A stretch of 64,000 bases of DNA from assembly GCA_963706325.1 (NCBI GenBank), contig CAVPLT010000004.1, forward strand, positions 1,072,031-1,136,030. Direction: 5' to 3'. The position numbers were made by a program, and so were the translations under genes. A model generated the notes under the pieces. That model was not told the origin of the DNA. It did no database searches and saw only the letters and a list, made by a program, of their open reading frames with translations. Below are positions 1 to 9,896 of this stretch, piece by piece. The first letter of the stretch is position 1, and each line of letters starts with the position of its first letter. The DNA comes from an uncultured Nitrospiraceae bacterium (GTDB lineage Bacteria > Nitrospirota > Nitrospiria > Nitrospirales > Nitrospiraceae).

Positions 1-1
1 A

Positions 2-3000
2 GTCTCGACGGGCAGGACGGTACCTGCAGCAAGCGCCAAGCCGCGCGCCTTGTTGATTCAGTTAGAGTTCGAAACCTGGGCTACCGCACGTCCATGGACG
101 TACAGCGCGGCCTTCGGCGTACAGGAAGGCTTGTTAGCCAACGGAGTCGAGTGTGTGACCGTTCCAGCCATCGCCGAGAATCCCTGCGCAAGTCCGACAT
201 CCTGGGTCTACCATGCCAAGCAAGCCCTAGCGGGTCAGCACTTCGACCAAGTATGGTTGTGGCTGATCCACACTCCGCTTGATCAGGCCATTCTTGAATG
301 GGTCGCGGAACTCGCGCCCGTGCGAGTCGGGGTGCTGATGGAGTCTCTCCGGTACGATGCGGAAGACTATGCCTGGGCGCCGCAGTTGAAACATCGGCAA
401 GGACAACTCGAAGCGCAACTGCCTTATCTGACTCACGTGCTGGCTCCCGATGAGCAAGACGCGGCCGAACTCAACAGGCACGGATCAGCCAATGCGCTCT
501 GGTGGCCGCCGATGGTGCCGGAACGATTCATTATCCATCCCTCCGGCAGCCCTACGCAATCACAAGCCGTCTTCCACGGCACGCCCTATGGACGCCGTCG
601 GGATTGGGTGAGCCACTCACATCTCACAGGCCGACTCCATTGCGTTAAAGCGGCGCAGCCTCAGACCAAGAACCAGCGCTTGTTCGATCAGCTGCAACAG
701 ACGGCCGCTCAGTACCTTCGTGAAGGCCACGCGGTGACCGAGGCCGCCATCCATGAATACGTTCAGGCGCTGCAACAGATCCGACTCGCCGAGTTCACTG
801 AATGGATGGCGCACCTTCTGCAGTGGCCGGCTATTGTAAACTTACCGAGCTTGGCCAAGTTTTATGGCGGCCGTGTCATCGAGGCCATGGCGGCGGGACG
901 GCCCGTGATTTCCTGGAGTATTCCCGATCATCCGAAGAACCTGAGCTTGTTTGAGCCGGAGAGAGAAATTCTGTTGTTCCAACAGGACGACCCGGGCGGA
1001 CTTGCTCAGCATATTGATCGCATCCTGCATGATCGTCCGTTTGCCAACGCGCTGGCGCAACAAGCACAGAACAAGATCAGGCTGTATCACACGGCCGAAC
1101 GTCGACTGCAGGGCACGCTGGAGTGGATTCGAACCGGACAATTACCAGACTACGGGCAGTCGACCCACGGCGATCAACGAACATTCGAGACAGCTACGTC
1201 TAGACTGGCACAGCACCCCTCAACGAGTGACGCTATAAACCGCCGGAATGTTCGAACGCCCCAGTCATCATTACGCGAGACGACTATGGATCAGAACGCA
1301 TTTTATGTGGATCTGTTTGTCAATAAACCCGCTTGGTCAACGCCCGACCCGAATCCCGACGAGGCGGCCCGCTGGTCAAAGATCGCCTCATTTCTTGAAT
1401 GTATCTTGCGGGAGGCACGGCAAAACAATCCCGAGCGAACCCTCCGGATTCTTGATGTGGGATGTGGGCGTGGATGGCTGACGAATCTTGCGACGGCCTA
1501 TGGCGCATGCGAAGGAATTGAGCCGGTCGCGGGGGTGATCGAGCATGCGCGACGCATGTTTCCCCATCTCCGGTTTGAAGCTGGCACGCCCGAAACCCTA
1601 TTGGCGCGATCAGACTTCAAGCCGTTCGACATCGTCCTCTGTTCGGAAGTTATTGAACATGTCCCGCACGCAAACAAACCGGTATTCGTGCAACAACTCG
1701 CGCAACTTCTCACTTCTGATGGGTATCTCGTACTGACGACACCGAGGGGAGACGTGTGGAATGAGTGGCAGAAGATCGCTCCGCCGAATCAGCCCGTGGA
1801 AGATTGGGTGACAGAGCAACAGCTCGGTCAGTTGTTAAGCGACGGGGGATTTCGTCATTTGGGCCTGGAACGAATCCCGATCGAGGTCCCGTCATTGCGG
1901 TATTTTCCAGCCGCCACGCCCCACGATGTTCGAAGCGTGAAGCTCCTGCCGATCTATCAAGTATGGGCCTGTCGCCGCACGACGACTGCTGTCTCGCCAT
2001 CGATTGCCTATACCAAGCCTCCGATGGTCTCGGTCATTGTGCCGACGTATAACCGGCCTGAACGGTTGCGTGCCGCGCTCGACAGCGTGAATCGACAACA
2101 ATATCGGGATTTTGAAGTAATCGTGGTCAATGACGGCACCATTCCGGTCGAATCCGTCGTATCGGACGTGAACCAGGCCGGGCGCATCACCCTGGTGAAC
2201 CACGATCGCAATCGGGGGCTGGCCGCGTCACGTAATACCGGCCTTCGTCTCGCCAAAGGCGTCTATATTGCCTATCTCGATGACGACGACCGATTTCTGC
2301 CCGATCACCTCGGCACCCTCGTCGCTTGTCTCGAACGCGGCGAGCACCACGTCGCCTACTCGGATGCCTGGCGTGTGATCGAGCATCAAGTAAACGGAAT
2401 CATCGCCGAAGCGGGTCGCGATCGGCCCCATTCCTCTGACTTCTCCGCCTCTCGATTGCTCGTTGAAAACTATATCCCGGTTCTGTGCTTGATGCATCGC
2501 CGGTCTTGTCTGGATGACGTCGGGTTGTTCGACGAATGCCTGTTCGTGCATGAAGATTGGGACCTCTGGATCAGACTCGCTACACTATATGCCTTCGCAC
2601 ATATCCCCCGTACGACCGCAGAATTCACCTGGCGGAGCGATGGATCATCCATGTCCAGTCGCGATCAGGATGCCTTCACGCGAACCATGGATATCATTTA
2701 TCGAAAATACTTTTCTTATACGGCGGGGCATCCGAACATCCTGGCAGCTCAGCGAGAGCGTTTGAAGGGAATGAAGGCACGCGTCAGCCCCACCCCGTAC
2801 CACTGCTCTATCATTATCCCTGTGTGGAACAATATCGCTCTTACGCAGCAATGTCTGATGGCGCTCGCGGATGTCACCGAGGGCGCGACGTTCGAAGTGG
2901 TCGTGGTCGACAACGGGTCCACCGATGGCGTGCAGGATTTTCTGCAGACGCTCGGCGGAGATGTGCAAGTCATTCGCAATCAAGACAATCTTGGATTTGC

Positions 3001-4414
3001 CAAAGCCTGTAACCAGGGCGCGCGGGCGGCGCGAGGGGAGTACCTGGTTTTTCTGAATAACGACACGATTCCCTTGAACGGATGGCTGACGGCACTGATC
3101 GAGGAAGTCCGCACCCATTCAGATGTGGCGGTCGTCGGCAGCAAACTGCTGTACGAAGACGGCACCATTCAACATGCGGGTGTCGCCTTCTCTCGTGAGT
3201 GGTTCCTGCCCTATCACATCTACCGCGGTTTCGATGCCCATGCCGCCAGCGTGTCCCGTCGCCGAGAACTGGATTGTGTGACCGCGGCCTGCATGCTCGT
3301 GCGTCGAGAGGCCTTCGAGGAAGTAGGCGGATTCGATGAAGGGTACCGAAATGGGTTTGAGGATGTCGATCTGTGTCTCAAGATTCGGGAGAAAAACCGG
3401 AAGATCATCTATCAGCCCCAGAGCGTGCTCTATCATTTGGAGAGCCGCACGCCGGGACGAAAGGCCCATGACCTTGACAACAGCCGACGCCTTCACGAAC
3501 GCTGGGCAGCGTCTTGGTGGCTCGCCGACGAAGATCGTATCCACTTCGAGGATGGGTATGCCCTGCACACCTATGTGGATGACGGAAAACTCGGCTATCG
3601 CCTCCGCCTCATCGACGATCCTACAACACGAGCGGAACGAGGCCTCGTAGCAGAGGTACAATCTGGCGCCCATCGGCGGGATCTAGAGAAGGTCGTCGAA
3701 CTCCTGACACGCGTCGATGAGTGGCCGGCGGATGTGTGGATCCTTCGCTGGGCGGCTCTCCTCTGTCTGGGGGTCATGCATCCGCGGCTAGCCATTCCGT
3801 TCTGGCGACGCGTGCTGATGTTAGAGGAGGATGCGCAAGGCCGCATCGCGCTCGCCAAACATGCGCTCGAATCAGAATCCCTCGACGAGGCGGACGTGCA
3901 TCTGGCCGCCCTGCTGAGGAATGAGCCCTCGCATGGAGAAGGCTGGTTACTGCGCGGGATCGTCGCCATGCAACAGAATACATACGCAGAGGCGGAAAGC
4001 GCCTTTGAACGAGCCAAGCTGTCCGGCGCGGATCCACGCAAGGCATCGCTAGGAATGGTCATGGCCGCGATGGGCGCCAACCGATCAGAAAAGGCCTGGG
4101 ACCTAATACTTCCGCTCTCCGCAGACCACCCGGACGATGAAGAATGCATGCACTGGCTCCTGCGTTGTGGAACGGCCCTCGAACGGTGGGATGCTGTGAG
4201 CTCGCGGCTCACAACCTTTCTCATTCGCAATCCCGGCAATATGGCCTTGCGGTTTGCGCTTGCCGGTGTGTTGCTCAGATCCGGCAGGCGGACAGAGGCT
4301 CGGCGGGAATGTGACATGCTCAGCGCCCTGGATCCTACCTTTGATGGGTTGAGTGAGCTCACGAGAATGCTGGCCGAACCACCGCCAAAGTTGGTTCCAC
4401 ATCATGCTGCCTGA
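2..4414 (+). CDS. Giant multidomain glycosyltransferase (CgeB/GT4-like + class I SAM methyltransferase + GT2 + GT2 + TPR), probably 5'-truncated by the window edge
   Basis: The frame is open from base 2 (ORF track starts it at TTG 50). Motifs: RVIEAMAAGRPVI...LFEPEREILLF (CgeB/Glyco_trans_1_2-like), ILDVGCGRG and CSEVIEH (methyltransferase), VSVIVPTYNR...YLDDDD (GT2), CSIIIPVWN...FLNNDT...GFEDVDLC (GT2), and Ala/Leu-rich helical TPR-like repeats at the C-terminus. Confidence 0.9.
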   Translation, partial: VSTGRTVPAASAKPRALLIQLEFETWATARPWTYSAAFGVQEGLLANGVECVTVPAIAENPCASPTSWVYHAKQALAGQHFDQVWLWLIHTPLDQAILEWVAELAPVRVGVLMESLRYDAEDYAWAPQLKHRQGQLEAQLPYLTHVLAPDEQDAAELNRHGSANALWWPPMVPERFIIHPSGSPTQSQAVFHGTPYGRRRDWVSHSHLTGRLHCVKAAQPQTKNQRLFDQLQQTAAQYLREGHAVTEAAIHEYVQALQQIRLAEFTEWMAHLLQWPAIVNLPSLAKFYGGRVIEAMAAGRPVISWSIPDHPKNLSLFEPEREILLFQQDDPGGLAQHIDRILHDRPFANALAQQAQNKIRLYHTAERRLQGTLEWIRTGQLPDYGQSTHGDQRTFETATSRLAQHPSTSDAINRRNVRTPQSSLRETTMDQNAFYVDLFVNKPAWSTPDPNPDEAARWSKIASFLECILREARQNNPERTLRILDVGCGRGWLTNLATAYGACEGIEPVAGVIEHARRMFPHLRFEAGTPETLLARSDFKPFDIVLCSEVIEHVPHANKPVFVQQLAQLLTSDGYLVLTTPRGDVWNEWQKIAPPNQPVEDWVTEQQLGQLLSDGGFRHLGLERIPIEVPSLRYFPAATPHDVRSVKLLPIYQVWACRRTTTAVSPSIAYTKPPMVSVIVPTYNRPERLRAALDSVNRQQYRDFEVIVVNDGTIPVESVVSDVNQAGRITLVNHDRNRGLAASRNTGLRLAKGVYIAYLDDDDRFLPDHLGTLVACLERGEHHVAYSDAWRVIEHQVNGIIAEAGRDRPHSSDFSASRLLVENYIPVLCLMHRRSCLDDVGLFDECLFVHEDWDLWIRLATLYAFAHIPRTTAEFTWRSDGSSMSSRDQDAFTRTMDIIYRKYFSYTAGHPNILAAQRERLKGMKARVSPTPYHCSIIIPVWNNIALTQQCLMALADVTEGATFEVVVVDNGSTDGVQDFLQTLGGDVQVIRNQDNLGFAKACNQGARAARGEYLVFLNNDTIPLNGWLTALIEEVRTHSDVAVVGSKLLYEDGTIQHAGVAFSREWFLPYHIYRGFDAHAASVSRRRELDCVTAACMLVRREAFEEVGGFDEGYRNGFEDVDLCLKIREKNRKIIYQPQSVLYHLESRTPGRKAHDLDNSRRLHERWAASWWLADEDRIHFEDGYALHTYVDDGKLGYRLRLIDDPTTRAERGLVAEVQSGAHRRDLEKVVELLTRVDEWPADVWILRWAALLCLGVMHPRLAIPFWRRVLMLEEDAQGRIALAKHALESESLDEADVHLAALLRNEPSHGEGWLLRGIVAMQQNTYAEAESAFERAKLSGADPRKASLGMVMAAMGANRSEKAWDLILPLSADHPDDEECMHWLLRCGTALERWDAVSSRLTTFLIRNPGNMALRFALAGVLLRSGRRTEARRECDMLSALDPTFDGLSELTRMLAEPPPKLVPHHAA

Positions 4415-5597
4415 ACCAGCAGCTGAGAGCCGAGCCCTGGTGATTCAACAGGCACGGTTGGGAGATCTCGTGCAATCGCTTCCTGCGATTGAGGCCGTGC
4501 GAGCATGTTATGCCGATCGTCCAGTGGATCTTCTATGCCCGACCCCCTTGGGACCTGTCCTCGCGAGGTCCCAAGCCATTCGCCGAATCATACCCTGGGA
4601 CGGTGGTCAGTGGCGGGTATGGGTCGATCAATGGACGCAGGATCCGGCAGCGACCTTGCGCACAATTCAGAACTTCATCGCCTCGCTTGGGGACATCGAA
4701 TATGACCGCGTCTACAATTTGAATCAGCACGCACGAGGCATTTTGATGGCGCATTTGTTTACGAGCCACTCCGTGGAAGCCAGCCAAAGGACGCAAACGA
4801 ATTCAGGCGTGAACCCATGGACGCTGTATCTCCGACAGGTGGCCAAGGAGCGTGGAAAAAATCGCGTACATCTGGCGGATGCGTGGTGCGGCCTGTGCGG
4901 GGTGAAACCGCGTGGCCGTGCGCCTATCTTGGATCTCGAAGGGGCCGCGCTTCCTGAGGATCTCACCCAAATCGGCCAACAGAAAGGACTGTGGGTTGCT
5001 GTTGTAACCGGGGCAGGGGATTCGGCACGTTGTATTTCGCCCGTTGTGTGGGCTCATTGGATTCGGGAGTTCCTGACGCAGGTGGATGATGGGCAGGTGG
5101 TCTTGATCGGAAGCGGGCAGGAGCGTGAGGCCGGGCAGGCAATTTTGGAAATGAGTCCAACTTTATTGCAGGGACGCGTATGGGACACGACCGGTCGTAC
5201 GACGCTCCCTCAGCTCATGACCTTGCTAACCAAGTGCCGTTGGACGGTTGGGGCGGACACTGGACCACTGCATTTGGCCACCGCTCTCGGTAGCCGTGCG
5301 TTGGGACTCTACTTCGCGCGCGCCCGGGTCCACGAAACCGGTCCCTATGGGGAAGGCCATTGGGTCTATCAATATTCAACCCAGGAGCAGCCAGACAATT
5401 GGCCCATCGAGGAGAGTATTGAATTGATATGTGATGGGCGCCTTCGCCCGGCCCCTGGATGGTCCCTTTGGAGGAGTCACTTGGATCAATGGGGTGTCTG
5501 CTTCGAGGACGGCTCCGCACCACACGAGGCTGATCTACAACGAGCCACTGTCTGGCAATCACTTTCTCCCACTTTGTATGAATCGGCGGCCGCATGA
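4404..5597 (+). CDS. Glycosyltransferase family 9 (heptosyltransferase-like)
   Basis: ARLGDLVQ N-terminal motif and GADTGPLHLATALG...ETGPYG. ATG at 4404 overlaps the upstream stop. Confidence 0.88.
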   Translation: MLPEPAAESRALVIQQARLGDLVQSLPAIEAVRACYADRPVDLLCPTPLGPVLARSQAIRRIIPWDGGQWRVWVDQWTQDPAATLRTIQNFIASLGDIEYDRVYNLNQHARGILMAHLFTSHSVEASQRTQTNSGVNPWTLYLRQVAKERGKNRVHLADAWCGLCGVKPRGRAPILDLEGAALPEDLTQIGQQKGLWVAVVTGAGDSARCISPVVWAHWIREFLTQVDDGQVVLIGSGQEREAGQAILEMSPTLLQGRVWDTTGRTTLPQLMTLLTKCRWTVGADTGPLHLATALGSRALGLYFARARVHETGPYGEGHWVYQYSTQEQPDNWPIEESIELICDGRLRPAPGWSLWRSHLDQWGVCFEDGSAPHEADLQRATVWQSLSPTLYESAAA

Positions 5598-7411
5598 ACA
5601 TATTCAACGAGAACATCACCAGGTTGTCCAGTCGGTATCCGGAGCTGGCAGCCGTCACAAGATCCGCTGCCGGAGGAGCTCTTACAATCGAACCATCTCG
5701 CAAGGGCACCCCCTCGGCGCAGCGATCCGGTCGATGGATTCATAGCGCCTATGATCCCGTTCGTGAAGCGGACACCTGGGCGAACACCCACGCGCCGCTT
5801 TGCCAACCCGGAGAGACAATCGTCATCGCCGGAGTCGGACTGCTCTACCATGTGGAGGCGCTTCGCAATCGTCTTTCACCGGATTGCTCCATTGCAGTGC
5901 TGATTCCCAATATCCAAGAATTCCACGACAGTCTATCGACTCGCGCACTAGGCCTTTGGAGCGAACGCATTACCTGGCTTTTCGGAACGCCTTTGGAGAG
6001 CGCACAGAAGCTCGCAGCAACCGGTCGGCCTTTGCGCTGTCTCTCCTATACACCGGCCGCTCACCCGGATGCCGACTTCCACCAGGCGTTTCAGCAGGTC
6101 CTGCGTCGCCATATCGCGAGCCACACCGGAGGCCAACTGACTATTACATTGGTGGGGCCGATTTATGGCGGGTCGCTGCCGATCGCTCATTATGTGAAGC
6201 GCGCGCTTGAAACCCTTGGCCATAAGGTGCAGTGGATCGATCATAGCCTTCATGCAGCGAGCTACGAAGCTATGGGCAGGCTGAAAGACGCGCGCAATCG
6301 GCAGCTGATGCAAAGCCGCATGGCCGAAGTGTTGAGCCAATGGACCTTGGCTTCGCTGGCTGAATCCCCTCCAGACCTCGTGTTGTCGCTGGCCCAGGCT
6401 CCCCTGACATTGCCGGTCTTGGAGCACTTGCGCAAAAAGAATTTTCTGACGGCGATGTGGTTTGTGGAAAACTATCGTCATCTCACCTATTGGCAACAGA
6501 TGGCGCCGGGGTATGACTACTGGTTTGTCTTTCAGCAGGGCCAATGCCCTGGTGCCTTCCGGCAGGCAGGCGCGAAAAATGTGAGCTATTTGCCGATGGC
6601 CGCAGACCCGGCCATCCATCACCCAATGACTCTGTCGGATAAAGACCGACGTGACTATGGGGCGGACGTGTCATTCGTCGGCGCCGGATACGCCAATCGC
6701 CGGCAACTGTTCCCCGCACTCCTCCGGCAACCCTGGTCATTCAAACTCTGGGGGAATGAATGGGAGGGCGCCGATGATCTTCAATCCGTACTGCAATTGA
6801 ACGGCACCCGGATCGATACCCTCACGTGCATGAAGGTCTTCAATGCCACAGCCATCAATCTCAATCTGCATTCCACCACCGGAGTTGGGCTGGATCCACA
6901 GGCGGATTTCGTCAATCCACGCACCTTCGAATTAGCCTCCTGTGGGGCCTTTCAATTGGTCGACCACCGCTCATTGCTCCAGGAATTTTTCACTGCTCAG
7001 GAGATGGTCTCGTTTCGAACCTTTAATGAGGTTCCAGGACTGGTAGGACAATGGTTAGGAGATTCTGCAGCTCGACAAGCCATGTCAGCTGCCGCTCAGG
7101 CACGCGTCTTAGGCGCGCATACCTACGCGCATCGAATGAAGGATCTGCTCTCGCACATCGGTGTCTCCCAGCCGGATCGAGTCGGCGCTGTCTTGCGAGG
7201 CGATCGGCAGCAAGAGGCGTTGCTCACACGTTGCGCGAATGATCCTCCGCTGGAAGCACTCCTCAAGGAATGTCCGGCAGGCCAGCGGATCGAACTGAAA
7301 GATCTGGCGGCGCGAGTCCGGGCCAAGGGACCTTCGTCGACTCTTAAGCGAGATGAACTCATGGTGCTGATGCTGGATGAATATCGGAGTGAGACCCGAG
7401 ATTTGGTATGA
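5594..7411 (+). CDS. Maf-like N-terminal domain fused to a CgeB/DUF3880-type glycosyltransferase
   Basis: N-terminal WIHSAYDPVREA...GVGLLYHV resembles Maf N-termini. C-terminal YLPMAADP, DVSFVG, NPRTFELASCGAFQL and HTYAHRM are CgeB-family motifs. ATGA overlaps on both sides. Confidence 0.8.
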   Translation: MNIFNENITRLSSRYPELAAVTRSAAGGALTIEPSRKGTPSAQRSGRWIHSAYDPVREADTWANTHAPLCQPGETIVIAGVGLLYHVEALRNRLSPDCSIAVLIPNIQEFHDSLSTRALGLWSERITWLFGTPLESAQKLAATGRPLRCLSYTPAAHPDADFHQAFQQVLRRHIASHTGGQLTITLVGPIYGGSLPIAHYVKRALETLGHKVQWIDHSLHAASYEAMGRLKDARNRQLMQSRMAEVLSQWTLASLAESPPDLVLSLAQAPLTLPVLEHLRKKNFLTAMWFVENYRHLTYWQQMAPGYDYWFVFQQGQCPGAFRQAGAKNVSYLPMAADPAIHHPMTLSDKDRRDYGADVSFVGAGYANRRQLFPALLRQPWSFKLWGNEWEGADDLQSVLQLNGTRIDTLTCMKVFNATAINLNLHSTTGVGLDPQADFVNPRTFELASCGAFQLVDHRSLLQEFFTAQEMVSFRTFNEVPGLVGQWLGDSAARQAMSAAAQARVLGAHTYAHRMKDLLSHIGVSQPDRVGAVLRGDRQQEALLTRCANDPPLEALLKECPAGQRIELKDLAARVRAKGPSSTLKRDELMVLMLDEYRSETRDLV

Positions 7412-9072
7412 GCAAACAGGTGCTTCTCATAAACATCACCCGGATGGGCGACCTCGTCCAAATGGGCACGCTCTTGCAGCGTCTACAGCATGAGTGGCCA
7501 GGCGCTGCGGTCGATCTCGTCGTCGACCGACGGTTCGCGTCGGTGGCCAGCCTCCTCCCGCATCTGCGACATGTCGTAGCCTATGATTTTCACGGTCTGG
7601 TCGATGAGAGCCGGGCACAAGCGAAGGACGTTGTGACCCTTTTCCAAGACATAACTCGATGGGCAGCGCCATTGGTGGAGGCGCAGTACGACCGCGTCAT
7701 CAACCTGACCTTCAACCGGCGAAGCGGGTTTCTCACTTCCTATGTCGGCGCCAGAGAAATACGCGGTATCGCGGCCCCGAAGGATGGGGACGTAGCCATT
7801 CACAACCCCTGGATGGCCTATCTGACCGACGTGCACAACCAACGTGCCTTCAATCAGTTCAATTTGGTTGATATTTATGCATTAGGCGGGAGCGGCCCTG
7901 GACCCTTTGCGCCTTTGTCGATTACCGTGCCTCTTAGTACCGACCGGTGGGCACGCGAATTTCTCTCGCCCTATGGTGCTGGAGACCAGACTACCTGGGT
8001 TGCGGTGCAGGTCGGTGCCAGCGATTCAATGAAGGCGTGGCGGCCTGAGTTGTTCGGCCAGACCTTAGCCAGCCTGAGTAGGCGAACAAAGGTTGGTTAT
8101 GTTTTCATCGGTACCGAGGAAGAGCGGAAAGTCAGTCTTCTCGCCCAGCGAGCCTATCAACAGGCCGGAGGAACCGGCCACCTGTGCGAAGCGATCGGCC
8201 GGACGGCGCTGCCTCAGTTAGCGGCCTTGTTGAAGCAATGCCGATTGCTCCTGACGAACGACACCGGACCAATGCATTTGGCGGTGGGGGTGGGGACTCC
8301 GGTCGTCGATCTCTCGGTCGGCCATGTGGACTTTCGCGAAACGGGTCCCTACGGGCCAGGCCATTTGATCGTGCAGCCGGACATGGCCTGTGCGCCCTGT
8401 GGATTCGATCAGGTCTGTTTTCATCACGCGTGTAAGGACCGAATTGTGCCGGACCAGATCGCGGCCCTCTGCGCATATGTACTGAGTGGAGCCGAGTTCC
8501 CCGAGGGCACCACCGGGATCAGAATCTATGGCTCTCGGATTGATGAAGATGGGTTGGGAAGCGCCCGACTTTTAGCGGGACGTGAAGATGCCACGGTCGA
8601 CTGGTACGGTCGGTTCTGGCGAAGGTTTTGGTTTGAGCAATTCACCGGCACTGCTAGTCAGATTTCGCCGTGCGAGGGGGGCCCGCAGGATTATGATGAG
8701 GCGCTGCAGTGTTTTCATCGTCTCACGCCCCTCGTGCGCGCGCTCGTGTCCTATGCAAGAGAAATGGTGCGGTTAGCCAAACAGCATCCGTTGCCCGTCT
8801 CCGCGTTGCAACAGTTGCAACTCCGTGAGCGCGCAGACCGTCAGCAGGCCGTTACCCTCAGTCTGCAAAGTCCGTCGACCGCTTCCCTCGCTGTGGCGCT
8901 CTTGCGCGACACGCACAATGACGACGGAAACGAGCTGACGGCCATGGTGCTGGCTCGGCTGGCAACCTATCAACGATGGCAGGGAAGACTGAACCAGGTT
9001 ATCACATATTTTAATTCGCTTCGAAACGGCCGAGTGAAGTCACACGCCATCCCCATGGCACGATCTGCCTAG
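7408..9072 (+). CDS. Glycosyltransferase family 9 with C-terminal extension
   Basis: TRMGDLVQ, TNDTGPMHLAVGVGTPVV, ETGPYG and a Cys cluster CAPCGFDQVCFHHAC. Confidence 0.88.
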   Translation: MSKQVLLINITRMGDLVQMGTLLQRLQHEWPGAAVDLVVDRRFASVASLLPHLRHVVAYDFHGLVDESRAQAKDVVTLFQDITRWAAPLVEAQYDRVINLTFNRRSGFLTSYVGAREIRGIAAPKDGDVAIHNPWMAYLTDVHNQRAFNQFNLVDIYALGGSGPGPFAPLSITVPLSTDRWAREFLSPYGAGDQTTWVAVQVGASDSMKAWRPELFGQTLASLSRRTKVGYVFIGTEEERKVSLLAQRAYQQAGGTGHLCEAIGRTALPQLAALLKQCRLLLTNDTGPMHLAVGVGTPVVDLSVGHVDFRETGPYGPGHLIVQPDMACAPCGFDQVCFHHACKDRIVPDQIAALCAYVLSGAEFPEGTTGIRIYGSRIDEDGLGSARLLAGREDATVDWYGRFWRRFWFEQFTGTASQISPCEGGPQDYDEALQCFHRLTPLVRALVSYAREMVRLAKQHPLPVSALQQLQLRERADRQQAVTLSLQSPSTASLAVALLRDTHNDDGNELTAMVLARLATYQRWQGRLNQVITYFNSLRNGRVKSHAIPMARSA

Positions 9073-9116
9073 CAACAATACGATGAAGGTGGATATCTTT
9101 TTGGAGGAGCCACGTC

Positions 9117-9659
9117 ATGCACATTACCCTTGATGAAGAACAATGGCAGGTATCGGATGAGAGCTCGTTGATGGAAATCCTGGCTACGATTAGTGACAGG
9201 GCGCAGGCTCAGCATCGCATCGTGACGTCATTAACCATCGGTGGGAAAGCGATCAGCGATCGCGATCTTGCGCCGGGCTTTCTCAATCAATCCGGCAAGA
9301 ATCTGGGTGCGGTTCAAGCCATTTCTAAATCGCTTCACTCAATCATTACAGAAGCGAAACATGCGATCGATCGGTTTGCCGCCCAATTGCGCAAGGACGG
9401 CCAAAGCCTGCTCACCCCGTTACGTTCGGGGTCCGGCCATGTCGGGTCGATCGACAGCTGGCTTGGGCGCCTGGCGGACTACACGGAGATGTTAGAAGCC
9501 GGTCGCACCCAAGGCGTCGCGGGCCTATCAGCTGCCACGCTCCTCCCTTGGATTCAGGAACTGTTAGGCGCGCGCTCCAGCGCCGACCCGGTTCGTGTCG
9601 CCGATGTATTGGAATACGAAATATTGCCTCGCCTCACTGAATCAACCTTGGCCGCTTGA
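9117..9659 (+). CDS. Hypothetical protein upstream of flagellin
   Basis: Strong SD (GGAGGAG), 180 aa, C-terminal DPVRVADVLEYEILPRL motif. Confidence 0.75.
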   Translation: MHITLDEEQWQVSDESSLMEILATISDRAQAQHRIVTSLTIGGKAISDRDLAPGFLNQSGKNLGAVQAISKSLHSIITEAKHAIDRFAAQLRKDGQSLLTPLRSGSGHVGSIDSWLGRLADYTEMLEAGRTQGVAGLSAATLLPWIQELLGARSSADPVRVADVLEYEILPRLTESTLAA

Positions 9660-9737
9660 TGTTCATTGTGCTCCAATACTACACACAGACAGGTAATGTC
9701 TCTCATTACAATCATTTCATGTGCTTCTTGAGACACT

Positions 9738-9764
9738 TAAGTCTTCTTGATATGGCGCCGATAA
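9738..9764 (+). promoter_or_regulatory. Sigma-28 (FliA) promoter of fliC
   Basis: TAAG-N15-GCCGATAA: perfect -10 box and canonical spacing. Confidence 0.85.
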
Positions 9765-9838
9765 GGGGCACAGCAATACGGTAATAGGATGGGCGGGGAT
9801 GTGCGCACATCTTCCTCAGGCCTGGTTACCACCTCGTT

Positions 9839-9890
9839 GGCACGGATGCCGGCGAATGTTCGAGAGTAGTGCAGAGCCTTCAGGAGGAAG
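9839..9890 (+). promoter_or_regulatory. Two CsrA-type GGA hairpins in the fliC leader, the second overlapping the SD
   Basis: GGCA-CGGA-TGCC (9839-9850) and CTTC-AGGAG-GAAG (9878-9890). Confidence 0.65.
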
Positions 9891-9896
9891 TACGTC

